From positions 1 through 64,000 of the forward strand of contig LWCA01000004.1 in assembly GCA_001642005.1 (NCBI GenBank): DNA of 64,000 bases, read 5' to 3'. This stretch comes from Intoshia linei. Lineage: Eukaryota > Animalia > Orthonectida. Below the pieces are notes generated by a model. That model searched no databases and was not told the DNA's origin. It saw only the letters and a program-made list of their open reading frames with translations. Positions 27,602 to 40,000 of the stretch are shown piece after piece. Position numbers and translations under genes: made by a program. Positions within the stretch are counted from its first letter, which is position 1. Each line of letters opens with the position of its first letter.

Positions 27602-28598
27602 ATTGTACCCAGTACGGCATTGATACAGAACCGCTTCGTATAATAAATAGAACATATATGATAATATATGATAATTTTGTAAGAGTATCTATTACTTTAG
27701 AATGTTAGGTACCGTGATGATCGTGTCCGCTATATAGCACTATTTTATAAGATAGTTTATTTGATGACGTTTTTTAAAAGTGAAATCTTTTTGGAGAATT
27801 TAAACATAAGCTTTTTCATAGAATCATACGGTAGGATTGTAAAACTATTACCCGATTTGTAAAAATTTGTCATTGAAAATTTATAAAATTTACGAGAAAA
27901 AATTTGTTTATAAAAATAACCTAAATCTGATATCTGGTATAAGGATACCTCTAATTATATTGGTAATACTTTTGATAAGTTTAAAAATTAAATAAATAGA
28001 TACTATTGTCATAAACTGTCGTTTCATGTAATAAATTGAGAGATCCACTTTTTTTGTATATATAAATGCGATTAATTTTTTTATCGAATGAATTTTACCA
28101 AAAGTAAAACAAGACCGAGGCTGACAAGCGGTCAATTGGTAAATAATACACGGATAATAGCATTATCGATTCCTATGAGAAGAGTTATCAGAAAAAATTT
28201 TTGCATTAATACTACAGTAAATTATCTAACTAGATACTCGAAAATTGATGACTAAGAATATCAATTAAATAAGAAACTAACATACGCGAAAACACCTCAT
28301 TTTCCAAATTTATCATTTATCAAAAACTTATATTTTTCAATATCTAACTGTTTTTTGTGTTGTTTAAATATTAATGTCTAAATCTGCGGAGAGATGGCTA
28401 GGGCTTATTTTTGATTTTTAAGAAACCTCGATCATAGTTGGTTTGGCTCTGATTTCAATGGTTAATTATTAAACAAATTTAGATTTTTATAAACACATAA
28501 ACATTAATTTTAATATTACAAATAGTATCTTATTTCTAATATATTTCGGTGTCGACTTAATAATTAACTTTAATTAAACTTGATTTTTGATATCACTT

Positions 28599-29152
28599 TC
28601 AGGGTCGTAGGAGAGGGGTAGGGCCACTTGACCCGGCCCTACAATCATAAGGGTCTAATATGTTAATTGTTTAATAATTAATGATAAAATATTTTTAATA
28701 TTTGGGAAGTTTTATGATGACCAATGCCATTTCTAATGTTATTTTTAATTTTTAAGGAATAAACGATCGATTAAACCAGGATATCCCTAAGGCAGCCAGG
28801 TGGCCAAGGCATCAATGCAAAAATCAAGGGGCCAGGAAAACAATTTTATGTTTTTTAAGATAATGTATTTATTCCTTAAAATTGAGTATATACAAAATGT
28901 AGAATCGAAAAAATCTAAAAGTTCTAAAACGTATCATTTTTTAATCATAATTAATTATTTCTAAAAAAATTATGATGGGGCCATTAAATTAAATTAAATT
29001 AGAAAAAAAGTTAACAAAGAAGAGACCATAACTTCGAAAATATTAGTAAACCCTGGATTAAACAATGTATTGACGTCTATTTTTAAAAAAAATTTACATG
29101 GGCCTACAATTTTTCATCTGGTCCGGACCTAGTGTTAGTTCTCCACGGATTT
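28599..29152. mobile_element. hAT MITE (family of 27456) carrying a nested hAT MITE at 28777-29055
   Basis: Outer ends cagggtcgtaggagag...ctccacggatttg; inner CAGG...CCTG element with perfect TSD gattaaac on both sides. Confidence 0.75.
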
Positions 29153-31058
29153 GATCGTCGTATCATATAAATAATGTTAATTAGCGCCTTCTTTGTTTCT
29201 GGGTAGTATCCAGTGGGTACAGTTGTTTATGCTGTACCAATCTACCTCAAGTAATTTTAATGGAACCCTCTAAAACTTTCCCATCTTAAACATAATGATC
29301 TCTTCCTTATAATAAGGAAAGTTTTAGAAAGAGTGACTTAATTACACATTATGTTATGTTTTGCTATATTATGGAATCCATAATTTTTAACAACCGATTT
29401 TTAAACAAAATTGATTTTGTACAATGCACATCTTCGTCAATTAAAACCTCAACAGAATTCAATTATCTCTTACACAAAAACAACTACTATCAAAAGAACA
29501 ATATACTATGAATGTATAATTGTCAATTGAATTTTAATTTGACATTTTTTTATTAAATTATGCAAAATTGATTTAAACTGATAGAAATTTAAAATTTATT
29601 ATAGTAGAAACTGTTATCCACCTAAACCACTTTTAAATTTCTTTAAAATGCACAATATTTTTAAAATATAAATATACTACATTTTCATTTTTGTAAAATC
29701 ACAATATGGCCAATAAAGTGTCAATATATATTGCAAATATATTGCAATAATGTGCAAATTTTTTATATACGTACCTATAAATCAGTGGTCCCGATTGGGC
29801 CCCTGGACCCTTTGCGTCCAAAACTATAATCATGGGTTTCGTGAGATTTAAATAAAATATAAAAATTTTTGCATGTTAATAACTTTTGTTTATTTTGATA
29901 GAATAGTTTTTAATAAATATTACCGATTTTCTAAATGTTGGGAATTTATCTCAAAGCTTAGACATTGCTACATTATTATTTCAAAATCCCACTTTTATCC
30001 GACCAAATTTAATAAAAAATATCATTTCAAATATTCTGGAAAAAATCGACTTTTACCGATATATTTTTGAAAAATCCGATTTTACCAAATGTTATGAGTA
30101 GCAACTTTTTAATCTAAAATTCAATTTTATCAACGGTTAATGGAACAATCCACTTTTTTCAATATTTTTTTGAAATACATTATTATACCCAATTTTTTGA
30201 TAAAAACCTTTAATTTTTGAATAAATATATTATATTTCATGTTTCCTTTGGGGTCCAAAAAAATAATATTTGGAATTGATGGTCCCCAGACTATTTTAGT
30301 TATTCTCAACTTTTTCGCTCAAATTACATGAAAAAATTGCTATAATTAAAAAAGAAGCATTTTTCGAGATAATTATAAGTGTAATTTAAGTACATTAAAT
30401 TAGATTTTGGGGGCTATTGTCCTAAAATTAATGTAACAAACCCGATCCAATTTTTGACCTGTCAATTTATGTATTTTAGTATCTTAACGCACCAAAATAT
30501 AATTTAAAAGTTTATTTTTATGACCTTTCTCGCATTCGCATTGCCATACGCGTTTAATGTAATTTTAAATAATCGTCCACTTTAGAACAGAGTTTGGTTT
30601 GAAATTTTATATTAAATATTCAATAAGAAATGTAATAAATTGAATCTAACCTACCAAGCTCGAAACCACACTGAAAACGAAAATAAGTCACAAAATATTT
30701 TTTTGCAAACGATGCGTAGTGAAATGAATGCCTGAAATATCGAACATAAAGTTACATGTAACCTTAATATTTTCGAAATACAATTAATACCATTAATAAT
30801 TATTAATAATGTATTAATAACAATGTATTTGTTTTTAAAAATAGTAAAATTAATTAAATTGGTATTCTATTTTCACAAAAACTTTAAATCAATTCAAAAT
30901 ACACATGTCATATTTGATAATTTTTATTGTTCATGTTAACCAGTGATAAATAGCCATCATGTTTATCGTCATTAATGATGACTCATTATCACTATACAAT
31001 CTAAGACTTAGACTCTAATTCTTTATTAACAGAATTAAAAATTCCGTAATTCCGTTAA

Positions 31059-33292
31059 CCCTTTAATGCTCACGGTTTTTTATAACGTAAATAGTCGCAA
31101 AGGACAAAAATTACCCATATTAATGAATGAAAAATACATAAAAAGCAATAAAAATGTCAGTCGTAAAATTTAATTGTTTGAGCTATTTAATTCTATACAA
31201 TGGATAAAAAATAACAATTCTTGGTATTTTTTGTTTTATCAAGTAAATTTTCATATTATATTATTGTATTTCAACCTAATTAGTCATCAAATTTGATGAT
31301 TATGTAAAACTTAAAATAAATTATTCATATGATTACAAAATTGATTGTTTACTTAAAATTATGTGAAAAATTATACATAATTAAAAATTAAAAATTAAAA
31401 AAATTAAAATTATAAAATAATATGGTTATAATAAATTTGAGTAATTTAAAATGCATTCATTAGAACGTCATAATACTTTATCTTTTATTATAATACACTG
31501 TAATTTACAAATACATATAGATTTAAATTTTTTAAATAAATCAATTGAAAAAAATAAACTGAAGTTAGAAAAAATTAATGATTTTAACCACCTGCTAGAT
31601 TCTGATGAGGAACCTGAAGATCCGATATACAAGTTTTTCATTAATGCGTACTCGTTTTATCAGTGTATAAACTTTGCAAAAATCGAAATAACGATAATGT
31701 TTAAAGAAATTAAAAGTTATTTACATCTTCTAAGAAGAAGAGGCTCTAAACCGAAAATTGGTGACATGGGAGCTTTCATTATATACCTATTTTGGCTCAA
31801 AACCGGTGAAAATTTATACATAATTGTTAAAATTTTTAATGAGAAAAACTTAAGTACAGTGGCAAAGGGATTAATCCAATAAGAAAGCCGATAAATAAAA
31901 TGTTAATACAAAAATGGTGGGATAAAAGAAGGCGACCCACTTTTTTATCTGGAAGATATTTATATATAGGGCTTGTAGTGGACAATACTAGTATTCAAGT
32001 ATATAGACCTCAGTGTACGGAATGTGACAGAAAAAGAATGTGTGATGGGAAACACAAGTTTAATGCTTTGAAAAAAGAAGTAGGCGTCATGGCATTCAAG
32101 CCCCATTATGCATAATTTTCTTGTCTATCGACTGTGGGAAGTGTACACGACTACAAGGCATTTAAATGTAATTGTAAATTTTATATTGATTATATGAAAA
32201 AAACAGAGTTAGAAAAAACGATAATGGACGACGATGATGATCGATGGGCTATTCTTATGGATTCAGGGTATATAGCAGACGCAAATGATACACCGGGAAG
32301 TAGAAAAATTGCTGTTAAAAAACTAACTCAATGTGTAACACAACTACAAAATTAAAAAAAACGACGAGCAATGTACTATAAAATCCCTTGTTGAAAGATG
32401 CTTCGGAAGACTAAAGCAAGCTTTCTCAGTTTTTTCTGGGATTTATAGATATGATCATCACAATTTCGACATTGATTTCGATAACGCTGTATTGCTCACT
32501 AACGAATTGATATGTAAAACTGCATTAACCGAAGATGATCAAAAATATCAAAAAAAATTATACGCTAAAATTATGGATAAAGAAGACCACGTGACGCAAA
32601 AACGGAAGAAGACGCAAATCAAATACAGAGAAAATATTAAGAAAAGACTAGAAAATTAAATTAAATATTAAACCAAAACTAATATAATACTACATCATAA
32701 CACTATAAATTATTTTGAAAATGAAAGTTAATCAGATATATTTATTTCATTTAATGTTAAATATAAATGTTGAATTTTATCTCTAGGGTTTGTAAACTTA
32801 TGTAAAATTTTAATGTTGTAATATTAGTATGTTTAATTTAGATGATTTATTAATTAGTAAGGTATTCCAATTTTATGAAATGACGCGACCATACTAATTT
32901 TAAATTATATGTATTAATTTTATATTTGTTACAAATTTTTATAACATTTTACTATGAAAATAAAGTTTAATGTAAACTAATTAGTGAAACATTTCGATGT
33001 TGAGTGGTCCGGTTTAAATTTAACCAATTTGAATAATTTTTTCAGGAAAGTGATCACCATCACTAATAATCCTGATGGTGAAATATACTTTTTGATCTTT
33101 GAATATGGTGATAACCCTAATGTACTGAGTTAACTCAACTCAATACAATAAAAATTAAAATAAATAGTAAAATTTAAAGTGTCACTTTTATTGTTATTTT
33201 ATGACTATAAATTAATTTATTTAGCCGATCGTGTAAGACAAATTTCATTCATAAATATGGGTCAAAAATGACCTCGTGCGAGTAGTGAAGGG
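31059..33292 (+). mobile_element. TIR element with piggyBac-like termini (TTAA|CCCTT...AAGGG|TTAC)
   Basis: Terminal ccctttaatgctc versus reverse complement cccttcactactc; internal inverted repeat acccatattaatgaatgaaa / tttcattcataaatatgggt with asymmetric spacers. Confidence 0.7.
31451..32659 (+). pseudogene. Disrupted DDE_Tnp_4 (PIF/Harbinger-IS5-like) transposase
   Basis: RRGSKPK/YLFWLKTG HTH region, VVDNT (D1), DGKHKFNALK, GSVHD, LMDSGY (D2), VERCFGRLK (E). Several stops and frameshifts. Confidence 0.85.
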
Positions 33293-34517
33293 TTACTATG
33301 GAATTTAATTTTTTTAACAATTATAAATAAAAACCATTAAATGTTCATATTTTTTGATATTATGAGTTTTGAATAATACATGACGAAGTAATATACACAA
33401 AACATTATCAAGGGGTCCATGTGGACTCGTGGGCAACAGTTTTTTGGGTCCATAAAAAATTTAATAAATTTTAAATTATTTACAGATATAAAATTAAGTT
33501 AAAAATGATATTTGATCATAGATAATAATTCTGTATAATTAACGACATCTAATTTAATATCTATTAAAAATTTGATAAAAAATGTAATAAATTAAGTTTT
33601 AATTAGTAAAAAAATTAGTTGATATTTATGATAGTCATTATTAATAATAATTAAAAATAATTCTAAAGCTTTAGAGATAAAATTATTATTAACGGAATTT
33701 TTGGTTCGTACAAATGTGTTAAGAAAAAATAAATATTTCAAAATTCCGTTAATAACGACTTGACTCCTATTTACATATGTTAAGACTTTAAAGTTTAACT
33801 TTAACCCTTTAAACTTAAATGGGCTGAAGCCAACTAATCTTAATTTAGCTTCAATTAATACATTGTAGTAGTGTTTTTAAATAGACATTTATTTGTTGAA
33901 CTTAATGTTCCCAAAATTTTTAAATTTTAGCCATTTGATTTAAACACTTTAATATTCTTATACATAATATGTATTTTGAAAATTTTAACAATTGTCTAAT
34001 TCACTGTTAAAATTATGTAATTTAATTCTTGTGGTGAATTAGTCAATATTGTGTCACTGCCAATTAATCAAACATTATTTTAATTTTAAAATTAAATATC
34101 AATGCATGCAAATCACCTAAATTTTCAAAGTAAACATGTCATCATGTTGAACATTGTATAATTTAACATTCAATAAGCAATACTCACGAACCTGCAACTT
34201 GCAGACTTCAAGTACAGTGCACTGCAAGCTATATTAAAATTTTCAAATTTGAAATTATAAATTTGTAAAAGTAAATTATATAAATGTACTTTTTAATCTA
34301 TATATTTCATTTTAGGGTCATACCGCGGGTCGCGTCAGTTAATCGAATAGTATTATTCTCAAAAATTCAGAAAAATGCAAGTTTGTATGAATTTTTCCAG
34401 TTATTATATTTTAAAACCTTACTCAAAATTCCTTGTCAGGTAAATTCAGTGGCTCTCAATCAAATTTTCTCAATCCCCCTTAAACTATTATATTTTTTTC
34501 ACACATCCCATTATGTA

Positions 34518-34913
34518 TTAGAAATATATTAAAATTATAAAATGGTATTTACAACCATTATTAATGAGAATTTTGAGCAGATTTTTTGTTAATTCCAAAA
34601 TACAAGGTAGAGTAGAAGAAAGAGCACAACGGTAATCGTCTTTAACATTTAATCTGTTTCTTTTTTCATTTCTAAAAGAGTGGAAAATCCACCTGCACAT
34701 AAGTACGTTACTAACAGAATTCTAATAGCTTTTTCTTTAAGTTTAGGGTATGAATTACATATTTTTGGTGATAGATCAAACATTTGTTATTGATTCTTCG
34801 GCATATGCATCTTTCGCATTCGAATCATTACTTTATTTTTTAATGGATTTCTGAATTTTCAATTTTCCCCCTTCAAATAAATTTAGTAAAATTCCCCCAA
34901 TTGAGAATCACTG
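34518..34913 (-). mobile_element. hAT (Buster/Charlie-like) deletion derivative with transposase C-terminal remnant
   Basis: KRNRLNVKDDYRCALSSTLP motif; terminus ttgagaatcactg at 34901-34913. Confidence 0.6.
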
Positions 34914-35380
34914 GACTAACTACTGTAAATCGAAAAACCTCAATATATTTACAAACGTTTTTTTAAATATTTTTTTTGCAATTTTTTTTTGGAGATTATT
35001 AGTAGAGACTAGTCACTAGTATGTTTAACTTTTTTAAAGATTATTGAGTTATTGCATTTTGTTTGTTAAGAGTGTTATTTTTACTGAGTTTCAAAACTCA
35101 GTATTTTTAAGAATAATCTGATTTTTAAAAATTATTAATTTTGTCAATCAGATTGGTTTTTGAATCAATGCATTGGAATATTGCGGAAATAATTAAATTA
35201 TCAATACCTGCAACTAGTGCATCAATTGAAAGATTGTTATCTGAGGAAGATTATCCACGTCTATTCGTAGAACTAGGATTACTGCAGAATTAATTGAAAC
35301 TTAATTTTAAAATACAACAGAAACTTGATGTGTACATAAAGTAATTTATAATTAATTTTTTGTTAATTATTAACTTAATA

Positions 35381-35612
35381 CAGTGTTGTACACTGATATA
35401 CGAGCTATTGTGCACTGATATAAATACTATTATGCAACCATATAAATACTACTGTGCATTCATATACGGATTAGTGTACATTCATATACGGACCATTTTA
35501 TAACATTATATTATGCCGTGCAATACAATCAAGAGTTAAAATGGTCCGTATATGAATGCACAATAGTATTTATATCAGTGCCCAATAGCTCGTATATCAG
35601 TGTACAACACTG
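35381..35612. mobile_element. Foldback Tc1/mariner-type MITE with ~21-bp subrepeats, inserted in a hAT MITE ending at 35767
   Basis: TA|cagtgttgtacactgatatacgagctattg ... caatagctcgtatatcagtgtacaacactg|TA. Host matches the 59309-59582 family. Confidence 0.85.
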
Positions 35613-36883
35613 TAAAGTTTAAGCTAATAAATTAATAATTTCTCATAATCTAGAAATAACAAGTTGATAGTATATATTTCTAAATTGATGATATATAACA
35701 ACCTATAAGATATCACCAGTGTTTTGTAATATATTTGTAATTCGCGGTCGTAGTTTGGTGACCACTGCACTAGTATAATGTATATTTTCAGTTTCATATT
35801 ACCATTTTCTGAAATTAATGTTTTAATCAACAATACCAATATACTCGAACCGATGTGGTTCAAATTTCAACTAAATTGAAAAATTTATCATGCCTACACT
35901 ATATAATATATTGTACCTATTTACATTATTTATGTTAATTAGTTTACAGTTAAACTAAGTTTCCCATTTTTTAGACTAATGCATTATGATAATAAACTAA
36001 TAAACTAATAAAAATTTAATTTAATTATAATATAATTTTCATAATCCAATATTGATACTTGAGATAATTTCATTGATACATGAAAACGATGAAATGATAA
36101 ATTCCATAGGGATTCTGAAATATTTAAATATCCATTATGGATTAAAATTGTTTATGTTGCTTTTGAATTTCGGCAACGTTTTGATATTTTCAATTAGGCT
36201 TGATTAATATATATTTTTAAAACAATCACCGTTATCTAACGCTTTTTCGATAACTTTAATTATAATGTTTAGTGTTAATTTTTACAGTCAATTTGAATAC
36301 ATTATTTTCACCTTTTTAAAAATATTTTGAACAATTTAATAATTTTGAATAATTTTGAACCATTTTAAAGTATTTGTAATCATGAAAAAATTAAAAAAAA
36401 TTTCAAAACGTCAAATTAGATTTAATGGATATTAGAATGTTGATAAAATAATTTGCTCTAAAAAATTTATTAAACTTTTGACACTAAGTATACAAAAATT
36501 ATCCAAAATTGATAATTTATTTTAGCGTTTATAAAGTTTAACCTTTTCTTATTCCCACGACTGATAAGTAGCATGCACCCATTTGACACGATTAAATGGT
36601 AATATAAAGTACAAACAAAAGATTACAAAATTAAATTAGACAATTTCGTATAATGTGAAATACAAAGTATGATTGTTGATTAAAATTAGAATAAATTTAA
36701 AAATTTATATTCTTAGTGAATACAAATAATTGAATAAATGCAATAAATGTGGGCGTTACATTTACGAAACAGTGCAATAAAAACATTTACATTGTGTACA
36801 ACGTACAAAAACCAGTTATAAACAATGTATATTTATGATTGTAATATTCTCACGTGTATACAATAGAGCAATAGTCACACTCG

Positions 36884-36891
36884 TATATAAA
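36884..36891 (+). promoter_or_regulatory. Candidate TATA box of Cdx
   Basis: TATATAAA about 200 bp upstream of ATG 37093, with CACGTG at 36851. Weak evidence in AT-rich DNA. Confidence 0.3.
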
Positions 36892-37092
36892 TAAAGAGTG
36901 AGAATAGTATAAATTGCATTTCCACCTATCAAACGTCATATCGAATATAATAGCACAATCTAATTTCGATTTTACAACATTCGAGCAAAAGATTATTTAT
37001 TAAAAGTTAATTTATTGAAACCGATTAAATAACATTTAAAACCCATTAAAAACCTGTGCAATCAAATAATTAGTAATTATAAAAAGTTGAAA

Positions 37093-40000
37093 ATGACTGA
37101 TATAATCTCCAAAGCTGAAGATTCAAAAAATGTGTGTGAAAATTTAGTGCAAAGTCCATATAAAAAGAAACCAAAATTGGAAATTTCAGAATCAAAGATG
37201 AATATGAGTCAATTGGAAAATTTTGAAAAATATCGTGACAGATCAAGTTTTTCGAACACTTCTGATTATTTTACATGTAGCCGTCAACAACTTCAAGAAA
37301 ATTTGCATAAAAGTAATGCATGTTTGAGTAGTATCAAAGAAAATTATTACAATTTTAAAGAAAATTACAAATCACCACAAAAAGAAGCACTCAATAATTG
37401 TGTTTATTCGTCAACATCAACACCAATTACTAAAAAGAGTTTTGTTCGCGAATCAATGGAACTCAATACTCCACTTTCAGCGACAGTTAAGCCGTTACAG
37501 GTGAAATTCAACCCAGAAAGTCCTAAAAAAAATTCCATTTCAAACAATGAATCAGTTGGTACTGATATCAATAAATTGACTCCTATCAAAAATGAATTTA
37601 AAGTTTTCCAAAGTCCAATAGTTTTGGCCAATTTGTCGTACCATCAACATGATCATCATCATAATTTTCAAAACCAAAATCAATTCAAAGATATACCGGT
37701 GAAACAAAAAATACAAAACCCAGAAAACTTGAATACCTTTAATACCTTTCATCCCATGATTGATAATAAATATATTGCAGTGAGCTATCCTCCCAATTTC
37801 ACACATAAAATGAATGCTGCTAATAATTTGTCCGACCAATCTTTCAAAAATAACATTAATCATATTTCGTCTGTCAATTCAACTCAGTTATATCCATCAA
37901 ATCAATTTTTTGCTAACCCTTTACACAAATATCCTACTCAAAATGCACCGAGCAATATCTTTTACAACCAAATTGGCAAATCTAATTATTATGACTATGC
38001 TGCAGGTGAATTTACTTTTGTTTTACATATGCATTTTATTTTAAAAGCAATTCATAGGAATGGTTTCACGATTAAAAAATTAATATCGATAATTAAATTA
38101 ACTCATTTCTCAAAATTCCATTTTAATAAAACTGGGTTAACCATAAGTATAAGTTAAATTTTTTCATTTGCAGTTATTTTTGTGAAAGGTTTTAGTTTTA
38201 TTATAAGGTCGCTTGTCTAAGTGGACAAATTTACCGATACCTGCTGTTATACTACATTTTTGATAATTTTAAATTCTCTACTAACCATAAAACCCTATAA
38301 TGTATCATAAAATCTGTTGAAATGTATAGAATAAAAAACTTGTACATTCTAAGAGTTATTGTTATTGTTATTTTTTGTAATAAAAATTCCTAGACCAAAT
38401 TATCACCATATGGTAAATATCAAACAGGTTTTCTTCATTGTATGCGTCCACATGTCGAAATATTTATATACGCTTTTATGTTGAAATATTTAGTATACAT
38501 TATTGTATATATACCTGTTGAGTCGATAGTATTTATAAACTTTACATTTGCTTTGTTTCTGATTAATATAATGGATAATTTTCAATATATAAAAACTTTT
38601 CAGAATTTACAAATTTAAACATTTAGAAATGTGTCGTTTTACCTATCGACAAAAGTTTAATTAAAATTTTAAAACAATTTTCATTATGTGGCGTCAGTTT
38701 GGCGCCATTGTGGTTAATTTTAAATTTTTTATTTGTAAATGATTTATACAAGTTAATTGCATCTGGTTGACATTTTGAGTACATTTACGTTTTTTATTTT
38801 TTAAATATAAATATAACTATTGATCTAATCATCGTTTATTATACATCATTATTATACAGACTAATTTCTCGTTAATGGAAAAACTTTCACTGTTTAACGG
38901 ACTGAATTTTTCTAAAGTACAAAAATTTTGTTAAATTTTAATTAAAATGACAATATCATAATTATACTAAAGATATAATATAAATACTAGGTTGATTGTT
39001 ATGTACTACGTACAAACATCACCTAACTCTCCGAGATCATATTTTTATTCTACCAAAAAAATAAATTCATGTTGAAAATTTAACTTAAAAATCCTACTAT
39101 TCATTATTATCAATCCTTTAAAGGAGTGGTTTCCACACTTGTTTCAGGTGGAACCATCATATCACAGTATTTTTTAGTGAATTATTACATCTTGAATTTG
39201 TTATATTTACATTTGAGTAAAGAATTTTAAAAACAATTGTTATCCCATTTTTTTAATTTATTAGACAGAATGTGTGTATAATATTAAAAATAAAGTAAAA
39301 ACAGTCCAATCCTAAAAATTGTCATAAATAGCATAAATTCCAAAAAAATAAAATTAGTCCAATACTAAAAATTGTCATAAAGGTGTGAGTTTTGGAAATT
39401 GAAATTTATATTATTATATGTAAAAATTGTCATAAATAGCATAAATTTCAGATAAAATAAAATTATAAAAACCTATTTTGTCATTTTCAATGTGATGATA
39501 TATTCAGTACCAATTTAATAAATACTTAAAAATACCAATTATGTATCAATAATTAATAGAATCTTCACTTTATAAATATATTTTAAACGAATTTACTAAT
39601 ATTGCAAAGGATTTTAATAAATATAAAAATGATATTAACAAAGTTGTATGACTTTTAGTTTCGTTTTTGTAGTTTTTATTTAAATTTTATTCAAAGTGTT
39701 TTGAAAATGAAAATTTGAAATTTAAAAATTGCGTAGCAATGAAAAAAATTCCAAAAGAATGAATTATGAATTTTCACCCATATTTATTTATTTATTGGAA
39801 ATTTATTGACGTTCAATGCATATTTTTTTTTGAAATTGTAGGATATCAATATTTTTATTTTAATGGAAAGATTTGAAAAAAATAGGTTGATAATATATTA
39901 AAAATTATTTTTCACCGGGAATGCGCAGAATTCTGGGGTTGAATTTTTGTATTTATATTAACTGGAATAAGCTAGATTAGAATAATTTCTAAAATGAATT

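Larger units (their letters stand above)
30997..33766. mobile_element. Degenerate copy of the 19484-19965 MITE (opposite orientation), split by an insertion at 31059-33292
   Basis: Left flank ctttattaacagaattaaaaattccgtaattccgttaa and right flank ggaatttaatttttt...aaataaaaaccattaaat...aaattccgttaataacgactt match the reverse complement of the 19.5-kb MITE. Confidence 0.7.

Noticed and set aside
37404-38044. Overlapping antisense and alternative-frame ORFs
   Set aside because: Shadows of Cdx exon 1.
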